Assembly: GCA_035084275.1 (NCBI GenBank)
Contig: CM068757.1
Span: forward strand, 2,728,001-2,792,000
Reading direction: 5' to 3'
From: Hydrolagus colliei
Lineage: Eukaryota
Length of the DNA: 64,000 bases
Position numbers and translations under genes: made by a program. Below, piece after piece: positions 13,693-26,035 of this stretch (its first letter is position 1; each line of letters starts with the position of its first letter). The notes beneath the pieces are model-generated. The model saw nothing but the letters and a program-made list of their open reading frames with translations. It had not been told where the DNA came from and made no database searches.

Positions 13693-14555
13693 CTCATTTT
13701 TAATAACCAATAAAGAAATGGTTACTGAACTTCTCGACCTGTTTAATTTTGCCGTGAAAACTTTAGGTTGTCAAGTCATAACCTGCAAATGAATGTCAAC
13801 ATGCAGCGATGATGTATGTTGCTGTACACATGGAATGGAAAATTGGATAATTTGCCTGCGTTTCTTGTACAAGGAAATGACTGACGAGCCAAAGGGATGA
13901 AGTGGTAAGGTTTCTAATGAATCTTTTTTAAAAAAAATTGTCTGGAGAACAAAATAACATGTTTGAGTTTCCTTTCAAGCAGATTAGAATTTTACTGAGT
14001 AATCCCAAAATAAGGCATAGGCTCCTGCATCTTTAAAATGTCAAGAGTTTCTTCTCAAATTGATGAAATTAACTCCAGATCAATGCCATCCTTATCCAAG
14101 CATTGAATACCAATGTACCAGGCTACTTTCTGTGTCCTCTCATTGGCTAGAAATCCTCAACCATGCAAAACGCACACGAGCAAAGTATTAAGCCAAGCAT
14201 GAAATGCTCCCCAAGAATAATTGAACACACTGCAATCAGTTTGGCGACTGACGTCACCTCGACACCACACAGCAAAACGCTAATTCATTTTAAATAGCCT
14301 ATGCTTTTAAAACTTTTATCGAATTGCAGATTGTATTGCTGAATGGACGATTATATTACAGTATATAGATTGAGGTATCTGTGTTGCCAACCTTTCTTTG
14401 ACATTCATCTGTAGTTGATAGCAATGTGCAGAGGCAGAAATTTAAATTTGCTTGACCTCGTTTAGAGCTCTCGGCCCTTGATTCTCTGGTGCTCATTTCA
14501 GGAGTTCAGGTGAGTTTCCGTTAGTATAGCTGCACTTGTATCTTGACCTATTGAA

Positions 14556-14802
14556 CAAGGCCATCCACTATACATCCGTTACCTTCGCTCCTCCGGTTCT
14601 GGTTTCCTCCTTGTCCCCCAAATCCTCCGCTCCACTATCGGCGGCCTTGCCTTCAGCCACTATGCCCCAAAGCTCTGGAACTCAATCCCTTCGCCTTGCC
14701 CCCTCTCTTCCTAGCTTCAGGTCTCAGCTGAAGACCTTTCTTTCCGGGATCCTGAGACGCTGTCCGGCATGGAGGGCGCTATATAAATCAAAGTTGTTGT
14801 TG
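14556..14802 (+). mobile_element. L2 LINE 3' fragment (ORF2 C-terminus and tail)
   Basis: Encodes LRSSGSGFLLVPQILRSTIGGLAFSHYAPKLWNS (typical L2 ORF2 end) and ends ggcgctatataaatcaaa(gtt)n. Confidence 0.85.
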
Positions 14803-14859
14803 TACATTCAGCTATTGGAATCGGTCTATTATTGCACTGTAACTGGCACAACGTCAAAG

Positions 14860-15010
14860 CAGCAGCAACAACAACAAAATTACGTTTGTAAAGCGCCTTT
14901 CATGTTGGGAGGACATCCCAAGGTGCTGAACAGTCAAGGATCAGGACCCGATCATGGTGGGCCAGGGTTGGAATGAGGGAGAGCAGAAGGGGTAGAAGGA
15001 CAGCTGAAGG
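14860..15010 (-). mobile_element. L2 LINE 3' tail and pyrimidine-rich 3' UTR
   Basis: (caa)n-aattacgtttgtaaagcgcctttcatgttgggaggacatcccaaggtgct is the reversed L2 tail. Confidence 0.8.
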
Positions 15011-16174
15011 CACAGTAGGAGACCAGCTGAAGGCAGCAAGCCCATTAGGAAATGTTTACTGAGACTTCTCATCCCTAGCATGATTTTATTGCCTCTCTCT
15101 CACCACTTCCATTTAGCTGGTTTATTCTTCCCTGAAAGACCAACCCAGATACTTAAGGAGTGCTATAATACATAATGAGGTGTTATTTCTGCCTCTGGTT
15201 TTCATCCAATGCAGAAAGCCAATCTATTCTTTACCAATGACTACTTATTGGAGCAAATTTTTTAATGACTTATCAAGGTAACATTGGAACGTGAACATTC
15301 TTATTTCAGGCACCCAGCTCCTGGCAGTACCTGGCAGACATCACCAGGTACTGCCAGTCGAAAGCACCTACTCTGTCCTATTCTCTCATCTCTCAATCCC
15401 GACCTCAAAAGACTCATTAGTTCTCAGTTACATCACCTCCACCAGTAACATGAGAACAAAGTGAGCAGCTACAACTTCTCATTTTCACCTAAAAAGAGAT
15501 CAGTCACCTGTTTCTCTCTACATACGTGTGTGTGTATGTGTGTGCGTGCACATGGACATGTAAACACATGCGGACCCCTATGGAATTATTTGAGTCTTTT
15601 TTATAATGTAGGCAAAAAGAAAGGAAGACTTCTCAAAAATAGGTTGCATAATTTTTGAGCACCATTCTCTTGTAAATGACAGAATCCAAGGTCAAACTAA
15701 TTAAATGCTCCACATTGGATGGAAGATTATTTTTTCAGTGTCTTAATACCACTCTTCCAGTCAGCATTAATAACTTTGATAGAATCAGCTTAATCTTTCC
15801 CTTTTGGGTGCCTTATATTTTAATGCTATTACATTTTTAAAATGTCTGAACAAATTTCCATATTAAGTTTCCAGTATTCCGTAGAGACTGACTTTTGGTG
15901 CTTTGGTGATAGAGACTAGCAAAATAAATCATATAAATGTATTTATTCTGTAGCTATTAGTGATAATTTTACTGTCGCCACATGATAATTTACTGCAGTA
16001 AATTTTCACTTAATGGGCTGAATGTGTATCACAGGCTGGAATCTAGTTAATCTAAATGGCGCCATACTTAAAAGGGCAGTGCTTACTGCAAGTAATGTGA
16101 CTGGACGACATATACTTCTGTTCTGGGAATAGGGGGGAATAGAGGACAAATATTAATTAGTCCACGACCATGGT

Positions 16175-16362
16175 TTAGATTTTTGTAGCGTCTTTCACGT
16201 CAGGAGGATGTCTCAAAACATACCTGTACATCTCGTACAGGTGACTGGGAGCCCAAGCTGGTGGGGGAGGTAGGGGCAAGGAGAAAAAAAGACAAGTCAA
16301 AGAGGTGGGTTTTGAGGGCAGGGAGGGAGGCGGAGTTGGAGAAGGAACTCCGGAGAGCAGGC
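16175..16362 (-). mobile_element. Degenerate L2 3' fragment
   Basis: Reversed tail gtagcgtctttcacgtcaggaggatgtctcaaa, plus gaggtgggttttgag...ggaactccggagagcagg (reversed LWNS region). Confidence 0.6.
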
Positions 16363-16435
16363 TAATAACCAGATCTTTTAATCTAACTAAATTCTCTTGT
16401 TGCCCTACAATACTGTAACATTTTAATGGGTCTGA

Positions 16436-16532
16436 AACAACAACAACAACAACTTAAACTTATAAAGCGCCTTTCAACAAATTAATAATAATAATCCTTG
16501 CATTTGATATCGCGCTTTTCACATCTTCTAGA
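16436..16532 (-). mobile_element. Adjacent L2 tail and SINE A tail fragments
   Basis: (caa)n-cttaaacttataaagcgcctttca followed by (aat)n-ccttgcatttgatatcgcgcttttcacatcttctaga. Confidence 0.75.
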
Positions 16533-19500
16533 TGAAGCATGGAATTGTGTAGCCAGTTTGTAACTTCCACAGTTGCAGATACTGTATAAGTTACTGTTTA
16601 TCGTTGGATACAACTCCACATATTAAAATTGTGCACAGTTTCACTGTGAGCCCTTCAAGTTGAGCGCAAAGCCTTCATGACCCAACCCCTCCACTATTGA
16701 AATCTGGCAATTTCTTTTCTGCTCACACTTTTCATAGTGATAACTTTATATAAACTATAAAGTTCCATGTACCACATAATCAACCCTGTGTATCTTCCCC
16801 GAAAGATTTCAATCCAATTCCCATTGGATACCTATCCAGCATTGTTTCCTCAATTAGTTGATGTAGGTGCATTTTTATGAGCTTGTTTCACAATCCAGGG
16901 TATGATTTTGTGGGTGGGATGAAAACTATCATGAAAGAGTATAACTGTTCGAGGATATGCATCAGCCATAATATAGATGAGATAAATGAGTGCCTCAGTA
17001 GATGTCAGTTATTTCTATCCCATTGTACAGTAAGATTGCCTGCGTCCTAATATTTTCTGCCTTACAGACTGTGTCCAATATTTCACAAAATTAATTACAT
17101 AGTAAGCGCCACTTAATTGCCATTATCTAAGGTTCTTTTCTAGGTTCTTTGAAAGGTTCAACTACTTCTAAAGCAGTGTTCTGCAGTATTGTCGGTACCT
17201 CCCGGAGACCTGCTTGCTTCGCTCTATTACACACTACATTCTAGTTCATTGTGTGGGTGGATGACTGTTGAGTTTCCTGTTAAATCTACCAAAGCTTATT
17301 AAGAACTTAATTCTTACAAGTGGCTTGCAGTCGTACCTCTAGTGAAGTAAATAAGAGCTGCGTTGAAACACGGCTTTGTCATGTCCCAGAAAATGAAAAA
17401 TGGTTTCCTTACTGAAGTAATGAAACACGTCTTCACAATGGTACAGTAATTAGAACGGAGTAATTAGAATTTGTATCCGAAGTCAAGGCAGCATGGTCTA
17501 TTAAACTAATTGTGGGATGTCAAAATATCATTTTTGACCTTTTATAAATCAAAAGCAGATTTTATAAAGAAGAATGAAGACATTCCAGCAGGCTGCTGAT
17601 TGGCAGTGTTTGACATCATGTGAGTTACTTGTAAATGTTTGACTTCTTAGGCTTACCTATCAAATGCTAATAATTGTTCCCATCTAAATTGCCGATTTGA
17701 CATTTCAGTTGTTCTTCGTCTGTTGTAAAACCATCCATTTTCAAGTGTCGCTCTAAATATTTTACCAAAGTTGGACCAATGAAATGGTATTTCTGTGCAA
17801 ACCCCGGTATTGAACAATGATGTTACAAAAATGTACATTGATTGTATGTATGTAGCCTTTGCAATCCATCATTATTTATCACAGGGATTTCTTTAGCAGG
17901 ATCTCCCATTTATTAATAGAGTATTGAGTTTGATCCAACTTTCTACACAATGATGCTCTCATTCACTTGGTGAATAATTTCATGGCAGTGTACTTAATAC
18001 ACCTGGCAACAATGAATGAAATCTATGTCATTTAAAATAAATAAGGTGAATTGAATAGAATAGTTAGAGGTGTCTCACATCTATTTTCCATGAAAACTAT
18101 GACCTTTCAATGCTTAAAGGTAATTTTCATGCTTGTCTTCATTACAATCAACTAATTTTTGAGCATTCACCCTGACAAATATCCCCTCAATTCAAATATT
18201 CCTCTTTTGAAAACAGATCATAGATTTATACAATGGCCGGTCTATTGATCTGAATGTGCTCTAAAATACTCAAATTATCCTCCAAATGATTTGACATTAA
18301 ATTGCTCTTGATACTAAAAGCATTATGTTTGTACCGTACAGTCAAGTGAGGTGTTTAATCAATAAGGAAGACCTATGACAATATAAAGGGTGTTTGCAGA
18401 GTCTTAAAGAGTCTTATTTGCTTTGAGTGGGTAAATAACTCCTGCCAGACAGTTGTAAAGCAATGGTCTTTCAATCGATAGCAGAATCAGTGCGTATTGT
18501 TTGAGTATGTTGTAGCTTAAATGGAAGAAGGTTCACTCAGCTGCAACCACTTAACATTTAAAATATATTGTCTTACACCAATCTGTCCATTGCATTTCAT
18601 CCCTATGATCCTGTTGTTGTTTTCTCTTTGTTGGCATTTGAATCGCAACACAAGAAATTGCTTTGGAACACCTGTGGCTCGGTCTCTTTTCCATGGTAAC
18701 CTCGTACATTAGCCATTCTTTAAAAAGCACCCAATTGCAATTACTCCTTGATCTCCCACCAACATATTCAACTTCCCCCAGTGTGCACCTATTCCTTGCG
18801 TGAAGTGACTTTTTTGCAATGTTGTCCGTGTCTTAAATCTTCCAGAATAACGCAGGCTTTAAAATCCTGTGAGATTTTGAAAACCATTGAGAGCCTGTAA
18901 TTAAGTGAGAAAGCTGTAGGATAAAATATGCAAAAAATGACCTATACTGATTCCTGCTTCACAGTAGAGACGGTCTAATGGAGATTGTGCACATGAGGCA
19001 CAACAAATTGAAGTCAGCGCTGTTTTTTTTTCCCCATGACATTCACTTGATAAATAGACTGTTGCCACTGGGTGCCCCAATTAATAGGACTTAGTTGTTT
19101 AATTTTGTACCCAAATGTAGCTGAGCCATGAATTATTCTTTGCAAAGTGCCACACTTGCAGCCCGACATTTTCAGAATTGCCATGATTTCCGATGGGAAT
19201 CCAGGGAATGTGGGATGCTTCAGTTTCAAAAGTGGCACATGCCATTTTCAATGAGAGCAGAATTATTTATTTGAAAGGGCCCATGAACGTTCGAAGAACA
19301 TTGCGTAAATTCATTTTCGTATTTTGTCCGGGACAGCGAATTCAGGCCGCGAATGACTTATTTTGTCTCTATAAATCATGCAAACACTAATTAAGTCTGC
19401 CTGTGGGATGGTGCAGAGCTCTGATTTAAACAGCGAATTTAGGTGCAAGAACATTTTATGTAGGTGTGAATAATGGATCGTCTCCCAGAAAGAGATGTCC

Positions 19501-20544
19501 ACATTTTTCATTAAGGGAGAAAAAAAAATTAAAACTCAGCCCATTAAATTGAAGTATAGAATATGGTTGCTGGCAACAGTACTTAACGTTACCCAAAAGA
19601 TCTGAAAATATCTCCAGGAATAGGTTTGAACCTTTCAACCCCTTTATAAATATCAGATACTCTTATGAAGATTGAGCTGAAATAAGAATACATGAGCTCT
19701 ACCAATCTTTACTATTATTAGGGCACCTCTGACATTATCTTATATTAATGAAATAAATACTACAGGAGGGCAAGCTTTAAAGCGTATGACATTGTTATTT
19801 ATCATCATGACTTCCAGCAGGTAGATTTCACTGAACTGTAGTGTGTGTGTTTGTTTCGGCGTGAATTCATATGATCAAAGTTATGGAATGCAAACTTGCA
19901 ACATCAACAAAGCAGCGCAGTGTGATTCATTGGCAAATGAGGATATTAGCCCTGTCCAATGCTTTTTATGTTAATGGAACCACAAGACCTGCTGTCAAAC
20001 ACAATGCAAATCATTCTGACACTAGAGTTGGGGCATTACCAGGGACAGAAGGGTTTTCAGTGATGGCTTTTATTATTTACTGAAAGATACAAAGCTGGCA
20101 TTCGAGAACCGTTTGACTTTCAGCTGCAACAATTGCAGGATAAGGTTAAATTTGGGGCCGGTAATCGTAACACTACTGAATTTTGATGGCAGCATTTGTT
20201 AACATTACAAGCGTTGGATCATTAATGTTGGGTTGTTTGTCTAGGGGAATGTCAACTGGCTGAAGTCTTTGGCAGCTTTCTCATAAATATGACTGTGTAT
20301 CAAAGTTGAGTCCTGCCAAGGTTTAGGCCTCTGAGCTGGTGCTTTATTGATAATTTGAGGAGCTGTTCTGTATGTATATTTTAGTATTGCCTTCATTGAA
20401 CAGAGTAGTTATTCATGCTGTCAAAAATGGTTTAACCTATGAGTTTTATATTATGGAGTTTACCTCTTTTAAATAAGAGACTTCACAGTATCATCCCATG
20501 GTCAGTCACCAGGAAACATAGTTTGCTTTGCACGTGAATATGAT

Positions 20545-20790
20545 AATAATCATTCTTGCATTTAATATTGCGCCTTATCATGTTGTCAAGACGTCTCAAA
20601 GTGCTTCACAAAGTGAAGCTTCATGAAGTGAATTAACTGTATTTTGTGGACGAAACGCGGCAGCCATTTGCACTCAACAGTGCCTCACAAGGAGTCATAG
20701 ATTGATTTTTTTTTAAGAGATTATTATCCCAGGAAAGTGATCCACCATTCAATTAACATCCGGGTTCCTACTTATTGCTGGGTAAACATA
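20545..20790 (-). mobile_element. SINE A-related older subfamily copy
   Basis: Reversed tail and body, plus an extra internal motif (minus strand tgtttacccagcaataagtaggaacccgg) shared with the 57322 copy. Confidence 0.8.
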
Positions 20791-22024
20791 TACATATAAA
20801 TATGTTAACCACTATTTGTGGACATCTAGATCATGTAGTGATTTTTTATTTAACAGGTGAATACTGTAGCAAAGATTCGATTCTAATTTGCGAGATTTGC
20901 AAAAGATTGTCTGAAATAACAAACTTCAGATGTATCAAGGCCAATTTTCTTGTCCTCCGCTGGGATACCTTCCACTGGTATTGGCGACTGAATAGTGTAT
21001 GAGGGTTGGCATACAGCTGAGGTTTACTCACAGACAAATCCAAATGAGACCATCATCATAGTCAGCATGTTAGTTTGACATTTTACAGCCACAAATGTGC
21101 AATGTATTGACTTGTTTATTGAGCAGCTGTCTTGTATCAAGGACTAGTACTTTGAATCGGGTAATGCAATGGCAGCGGAAAATCGTTTAATTGTGTTATG
21201 GTCAACTTCAGGAAATGCCTGAATCTTGAGTCAATAATCCAATAGTGAAAACGACAGATCCGATTTTCATGCTGTCAAAAAATCCCAGAAAGAGATTTGA
21301 ATTGCAGGCAGTTTACAGATATTAAGTGCGCTGCATTCGCATAGAAAACAGCTGTCAGAAAGTTCCAGAATTAGTAGGTATTCAATATAACTTTAGCAAT
21401 ATTTACATAACAGAAAATGAATCGGAGACACTTTATCTACATGCGCAAGGATTTGAAAACGTCTTTGCCAAGGATATTGACCAGACTTGATTAAATAAAA
21501 TGAAAATTATTGTCTTTGCATCAATTGGGAGCCACAACAATCTTCAAGTGGGGGAGACAGCATCTCTCACCTTTTGAAACCTACTGCTGTTTTCTGACCC
21601 TTAGTTTACCACCCTGTGGGCGAAGAATCATACCTCTCTATCTCCGATACATCCTTCAAAGCATATATTTTGATGTTTAGCTGTATTGGTAGCACATGAC
21701 TGGAGGAAATTTGTGTGTTTATGATGTGTTTTGTGATGTTGCTCGAGTATACACGAATGCAAAATACCATATTGGTCCTCAGAATACAGAAAGTTGTGAA
21801 TCCACAGATAAAAAACGGATCGGAGGTTCCAAACCAAGCTTCCGTGTGGATGAATCATCAACGATCTGAATGTTACAGCATATCAAATGCAAGGATTATT
21901 ATTATAGCTGCTCTGAACTAATTTTATCACCGAGGTGGCCAACTAGGGCAGAGATTGCGTGGAGTGGAATCCTGCTCTTAGGCGAAGGAGCTTGTGTGAG
22001 AGAGAGGGGAGGGCTTTGTTGTGG

Positions 22025-22487
22025 AGGTAGCTGAGCTCAGTTGGCAGCACTCAGACCTGTGAATAAGCAAATTGTGGCTTGACACTTTGAAGTCACAGTC
22101 TAGGCGAACACTTCAATATGGGAGCGCTACATTGTTGGAGGTGCCAATTCTTTGGATAAGACATTAAACCAAGATCCTGTCTGCCTATTCAGGTAGAAGA
22201 TAAAGATCCTGAGGCACTATTTGTATAGAGAAGGGATTTTGAAAGGCGCTATACAAGTGTAATTTTGTTGTTGTTGTTCTCCTGGGCCAACAATTCCCCA
22301 CATAAAATTGGTAATTCATTTTATAGCTGTTTGTGGAGCATTTCATGGGTGTGTGTGTGTAAAAAAGAAATCGGCTGCCACATTCATCTGCAGAATACAG
22401 TCATTACACTTAAATCATGTGAAACACTTTGTGATGTCAAGACCACATTAAAGGCACTACCGTATATCAATTGTAAGGATTATTATA
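22025..22487 (+). mobile_element. Near full-length old Deu-domain SINE, interrupted by an L2 tail (about 22238-22278)
   Basis: tRNA-like head (gctcagttggcagcactc), Deu domain gggagcgctacattgttggaggtgcc...gataagacattaaaccaagatcctgtctgcc...aaagatcctgaggcactattt, and L2-type tail. Confidence 0.75.
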
Positions 22488-22703
22488 GATTGTAAGGATA
22501 ACATAGTGCAGATCAGCATTGAGTATGCTTTGAGCTTCGCTTAACCAATAGATGCTAGATGACTTGTTTGGGAATTATTTATTCTTTAATGCTGTCATCA
22601 TTCACATGGATAGGTAAACGTGTTCGATATGTGTAAAAATCCTTGAAGAGGGCAGGAAAAACGTGAATGTTGTAAATCTGAAGCAGAAATAATAAAATGT
22701 ACG

Positions 22704-22856
22704 AGTTCTGATGAAGTCAGCGCCTTGGGACGTCCTCCTGACGTGAAAGGCGCTATACAAGTGTAATTTTGTTGTTGTTGTTGGAAGTAAAGCATTAACC
22801 TTTCCCTTACAGATGCTTGTTGACCTGCAGTGCTTTTCCAGCATGCTTTGGTTTTG
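22704..22856 (+). mobile_element. Penelope-type terminal-repeat remnant interrupted by an L2 tail (22719-22783)
   Basis: agttctgatgaag...cattaacctttcccttacagatgcttgttgacctgcagtgcttttccagcatgctttggttttg. The inserted tail is flanked by gaagtca/gaagtaa. Confidence 0.55.
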
Positions 22857-23963
22857 TTAGAAACTCACAAATTTGTTGGGAGTGGGAAAGCGAGTTGTCT
22901 ATAGTTTGTTGAGTGTGATACAGAGCCAATTAATGAGCCGCAAGAAAAAAACCAACTTGGACAGAATCTGCATGATATCCATACCCTCCGAGCCCAGCGA
23001 AAGTATCAGTATAATTTTTCCGGCTACTCTTCCAGCATCAATTTCATACCTTGCTGCGTTGACAAAAATTAACACATTTGATGGCAACTTGTCATCTCCC
23101 AAGCCTGCCTTGGGAAAGAAAGATGAATAATATCAGGCACTTGGACTAGACAGCCAAACTTGAGGTCGCTTGTCACACTATCACAGGACAGCCAGTGATT
23201 ATGACTGCAGCATGCCGGGATACTGCTAATCCATTAATACACTGGAAAGGATGGCAGCCTGTTAATGGAGTTGACAGCCCTTACCTCAAGTATTCATATA
23301 GCCATTTTGCTAATTTATATCATAAGTATGGACAAGCATGGCTGTGTACTGATGGAGAAGATTGATAAGAATGGAAGCAAATAAACTGGCTGGTGCCGTT
23401 TTTTTAAAAAAAGTAATTAATTCAAAGTGTGGAAATTCATAATGCAGAACAAATCAAGCTTTTAATTATCTTGTAATAAACATTGAATGAAGAGTATCAA
23501 TTAAATTAGAGCATGATTAACTTTTTTTTTGAAAACAAAGTATTGTTTCTGATGGTGGCGTCCGGGTTTTAGCTTCATAGATCTTTGTCCAACTGGTTCA
23601 TATCTGTAGCATCAGTGAGTTCAGGTGATTTACTCTTGACGCCTCCCATCCTCACATCACTCATGTCTCGCCAACTCTCCCTCTGGTCACTAGCTATTTG
23701 TCCCGGTAACTGACTTATAGCCAAACATACTATGCAGTACATACAAATATTGGTAGAATTGTCCATTAAGCAAGTTTTCAGAAGGTAATCTACGAAACTA
23801 ATCAAATAGCAAATATACCTCATCCTCTTAATATCCTTATTTTCCCAATTTCACTCAGGTAGCATTGCATTGTCTGTTTTAGCTTTCCATTTAGCTATTC
23901 ATAAGATAGATTTAAAAGAATAGTGGAGTGTTGTATATTCTATTGGGGTGAATGACCAACAAC

Positions 23964-24210
23964 AACAACAAAATTACATTTATAAAGCGCTTTTCATGTC
24001 GGGAGGACGTCCCAAGGCACTGAACAGTCAGTGGTCGGGGGAGGCATGGGGGAGGGTCAGGGTAGGGGAGAGGGGAGGGAGAGTGGCAGAAGACATGATC
24101 AAAAAGGAAGGTCTTGAGGCCTTGAAGGTGAAAAGGGACGAAGTGAGGCGAAGGGATTTTTGGGATGGAGTTCCAGAGTGTGGGGGCAGTGAGGCTGAAA
24201 GATCAATGCA
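23964..24210 (-). mobile_element. L2 LINE 3' fragment
   Basis: (caa)n tail, reversed L2 terminal hairpin region, and ggagttccagagtgtgggggcagtgaggctgaaa (reverse of FSLTAPTLWNS). Confidence 0.85.
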
Positions 24211-25251
24211 TCAAGCTAAACTTTAATTCTTTACGCAAGAAATAAAGGGACCGAATTAATGGATCAGGAACAATGTCACGGATGTGTGGTAATGTGTGGT
24301 TAATATTTAAAAGGAGCCTGTCATGTTATTTTGTTGCACTGTAGTTTTTCGCAATTCAGGGAGAGAGCAAAGATATCCTCGGGGAGGGCTTTGTGCAGTT
24401 GTCTTTCAATTGCTGCAATTTTTAGGGAAATTAATTCTGGGACTCCCCGGGTCATATTACCAGTCTTTAATCTTAAGTATGCGTTCTGTAAAGGAAAGTA
24501 TTAAAAGCATTTGTCATTGATGTGATGCTTTCCCCTGTCTTCTTAACTGTGTCTAGTTTTTTTTTGCGTAACCAAAGCTCAATCAGGTAGATTTCCTCTC
24601 CTAAAATCCTATTAAAGCATGCATGCTACTACAATCCGACAGAAATGCAGAATGAAATATAAATGAATGTTGTGTAAATGCAAATCTGGTGCAGACTTTC
24701 TTCCTTTTATGATGTAATGTGACTTGCTACTGTATTGGCGCAGATTTCCTTTCTGCACCAATGTTCCAGGGACTAGTGCTGATGGAAACAGATTTTCTCT
24801 TCAGTATATATTTATTCACCTGGTTCATTGGTTCGCTCCTGCTCTATCTCTCAACTGAATAGCTTACACCTGTTCATTTCGTCCCCTGAATGCTTGCGAC
24901 GCTATAGCCCAACCCACGATGTTGCATGCGCTGCTGCAGATTTCTGGATGAATCCACTTCCACCTGCTGCCTCCCTGCATCCGGTCTGCTGTAAAATGTT
25001 CCCCAGTGATCAACAGCAAGCGGTATAATCAAGCAGGTGGCTTGTTAGAATTTTCAGTGGAGCGAAGCTCATGTTTTAGAACACGTCTGGCAGGAATATA
25101 TTCTTCACACTCAGCTACGGCCAGATTGAACTGTATCCATTTCCCCTCTCCCCGGCCACGTCTGGCTTTTTTGCATGTTTTCTTCTCTATTGCTAAGCTG
25201 CAGTCTGTTTTATTTATGTACTTGAATATATGTTATGCTCTTACCTTTTAA

Positions 25252-25442
25252 AGGCCCACAAAATACACAGCTGCCTCACGTTACACTTTTCTGTGAAGGG
25301 CTTTGAGACATCTCGACCCATGATAAGGCACTATATTAAATGAAAGGATTATTATTATTTCCTGTGAAGCGCTTTGTAATGTTGTTACCACCTCCACACA
25401 CACACACTTGAAAGGCACTATCCAATGTACGGACTATTATTG
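25252..25442 (+). mobile_element. Two degenerate SINE tail fragments upstream of the 96-nt exon
   Basis: gcccacaaatacacag...ctgtgaagggctttgagacatc...ggattattatta, then a second ctgtgaagcgctttg...ggactattatt. Confidence 0.65.
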
Positions 25443-25592
25443 AAGCACTGGAAATGGAATTTCCATACATTAGATGAAGATGCCTATAACTGGTTATTGT
25501 ATGGTTTTGATTAGTCTTCAACTGCTTGCTTGCTTTGATTTTTATTTTGTGTACATTCCACCAAAGCCTTAAAAATCTCTTTCTCTTCAAAG

Positions 25593-25688
25593 CATTCTGT
25601 GAGGAAGGCTGCAGGAATGGAGGAAGCTGTGTTGCGCCCAACTCGTGCGCCTGCCCTCCTGGGTTTAAAGGACGTGGCTGCCAGACAG
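25593..25688 (+). CDS. nell1: NELL1 internal coding exon (96 nt, phase 1-1), EGF4
   Basis: Acceptor ctctttctcttcaaag|CA, donor ACAG|gtaaaa. Translates (A)FCEEGCRNGGSCVAPNSCACPPGFKGRGCQT, in frame with the previous exon. Confidence 0.95.
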
Positions 25689-25743
25689 GTAAAATAATCT
25701 TCATTCAATGATTGTGTATCCCGTTGGCAAAGTCTGTTTTATT

Positions 25744-26035
25744 AGCTCCTGTATCTCAGCGCACTCACCTTACAAGTGAGAGACCTGGGTTCAATTCCCA
25801 GCAGGGCGAAACCTTGGGCAGGTTTCCTTGCACCACACGCCTGATAATAATCCCTCAAAAAAAACTGTTAATTTCAATTCACGACTGTTTGTGGGACACT
25901 GCTGTGCACAATTGGCTGCCACATTTCGCCCACAGATATACAGTCAATTCACTTTGTAGTATATTCTGTGAAGCGCTTTGAGATGTCCAGAGGACGTGAA
26001 AAGCGCTATATCAAATGCGAGGATTATTATTATTA
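25744..26035 (+). mobile_element. tRNA-derived SINE A, full length
   Basis: tRNA-like head with Pol III B box (gggttcaattccc), body and (ATT)n tail; starts 55 nt after the exon donor. Confidence 0.92.

Noticed and set aside
14536-14976. 146-aa Ser/Pro/Gln-rich ORF
   Set aside because: It is an off-frame reading of two opposed L2 fragments; the poly-Q comes from the (CAA)n tail.
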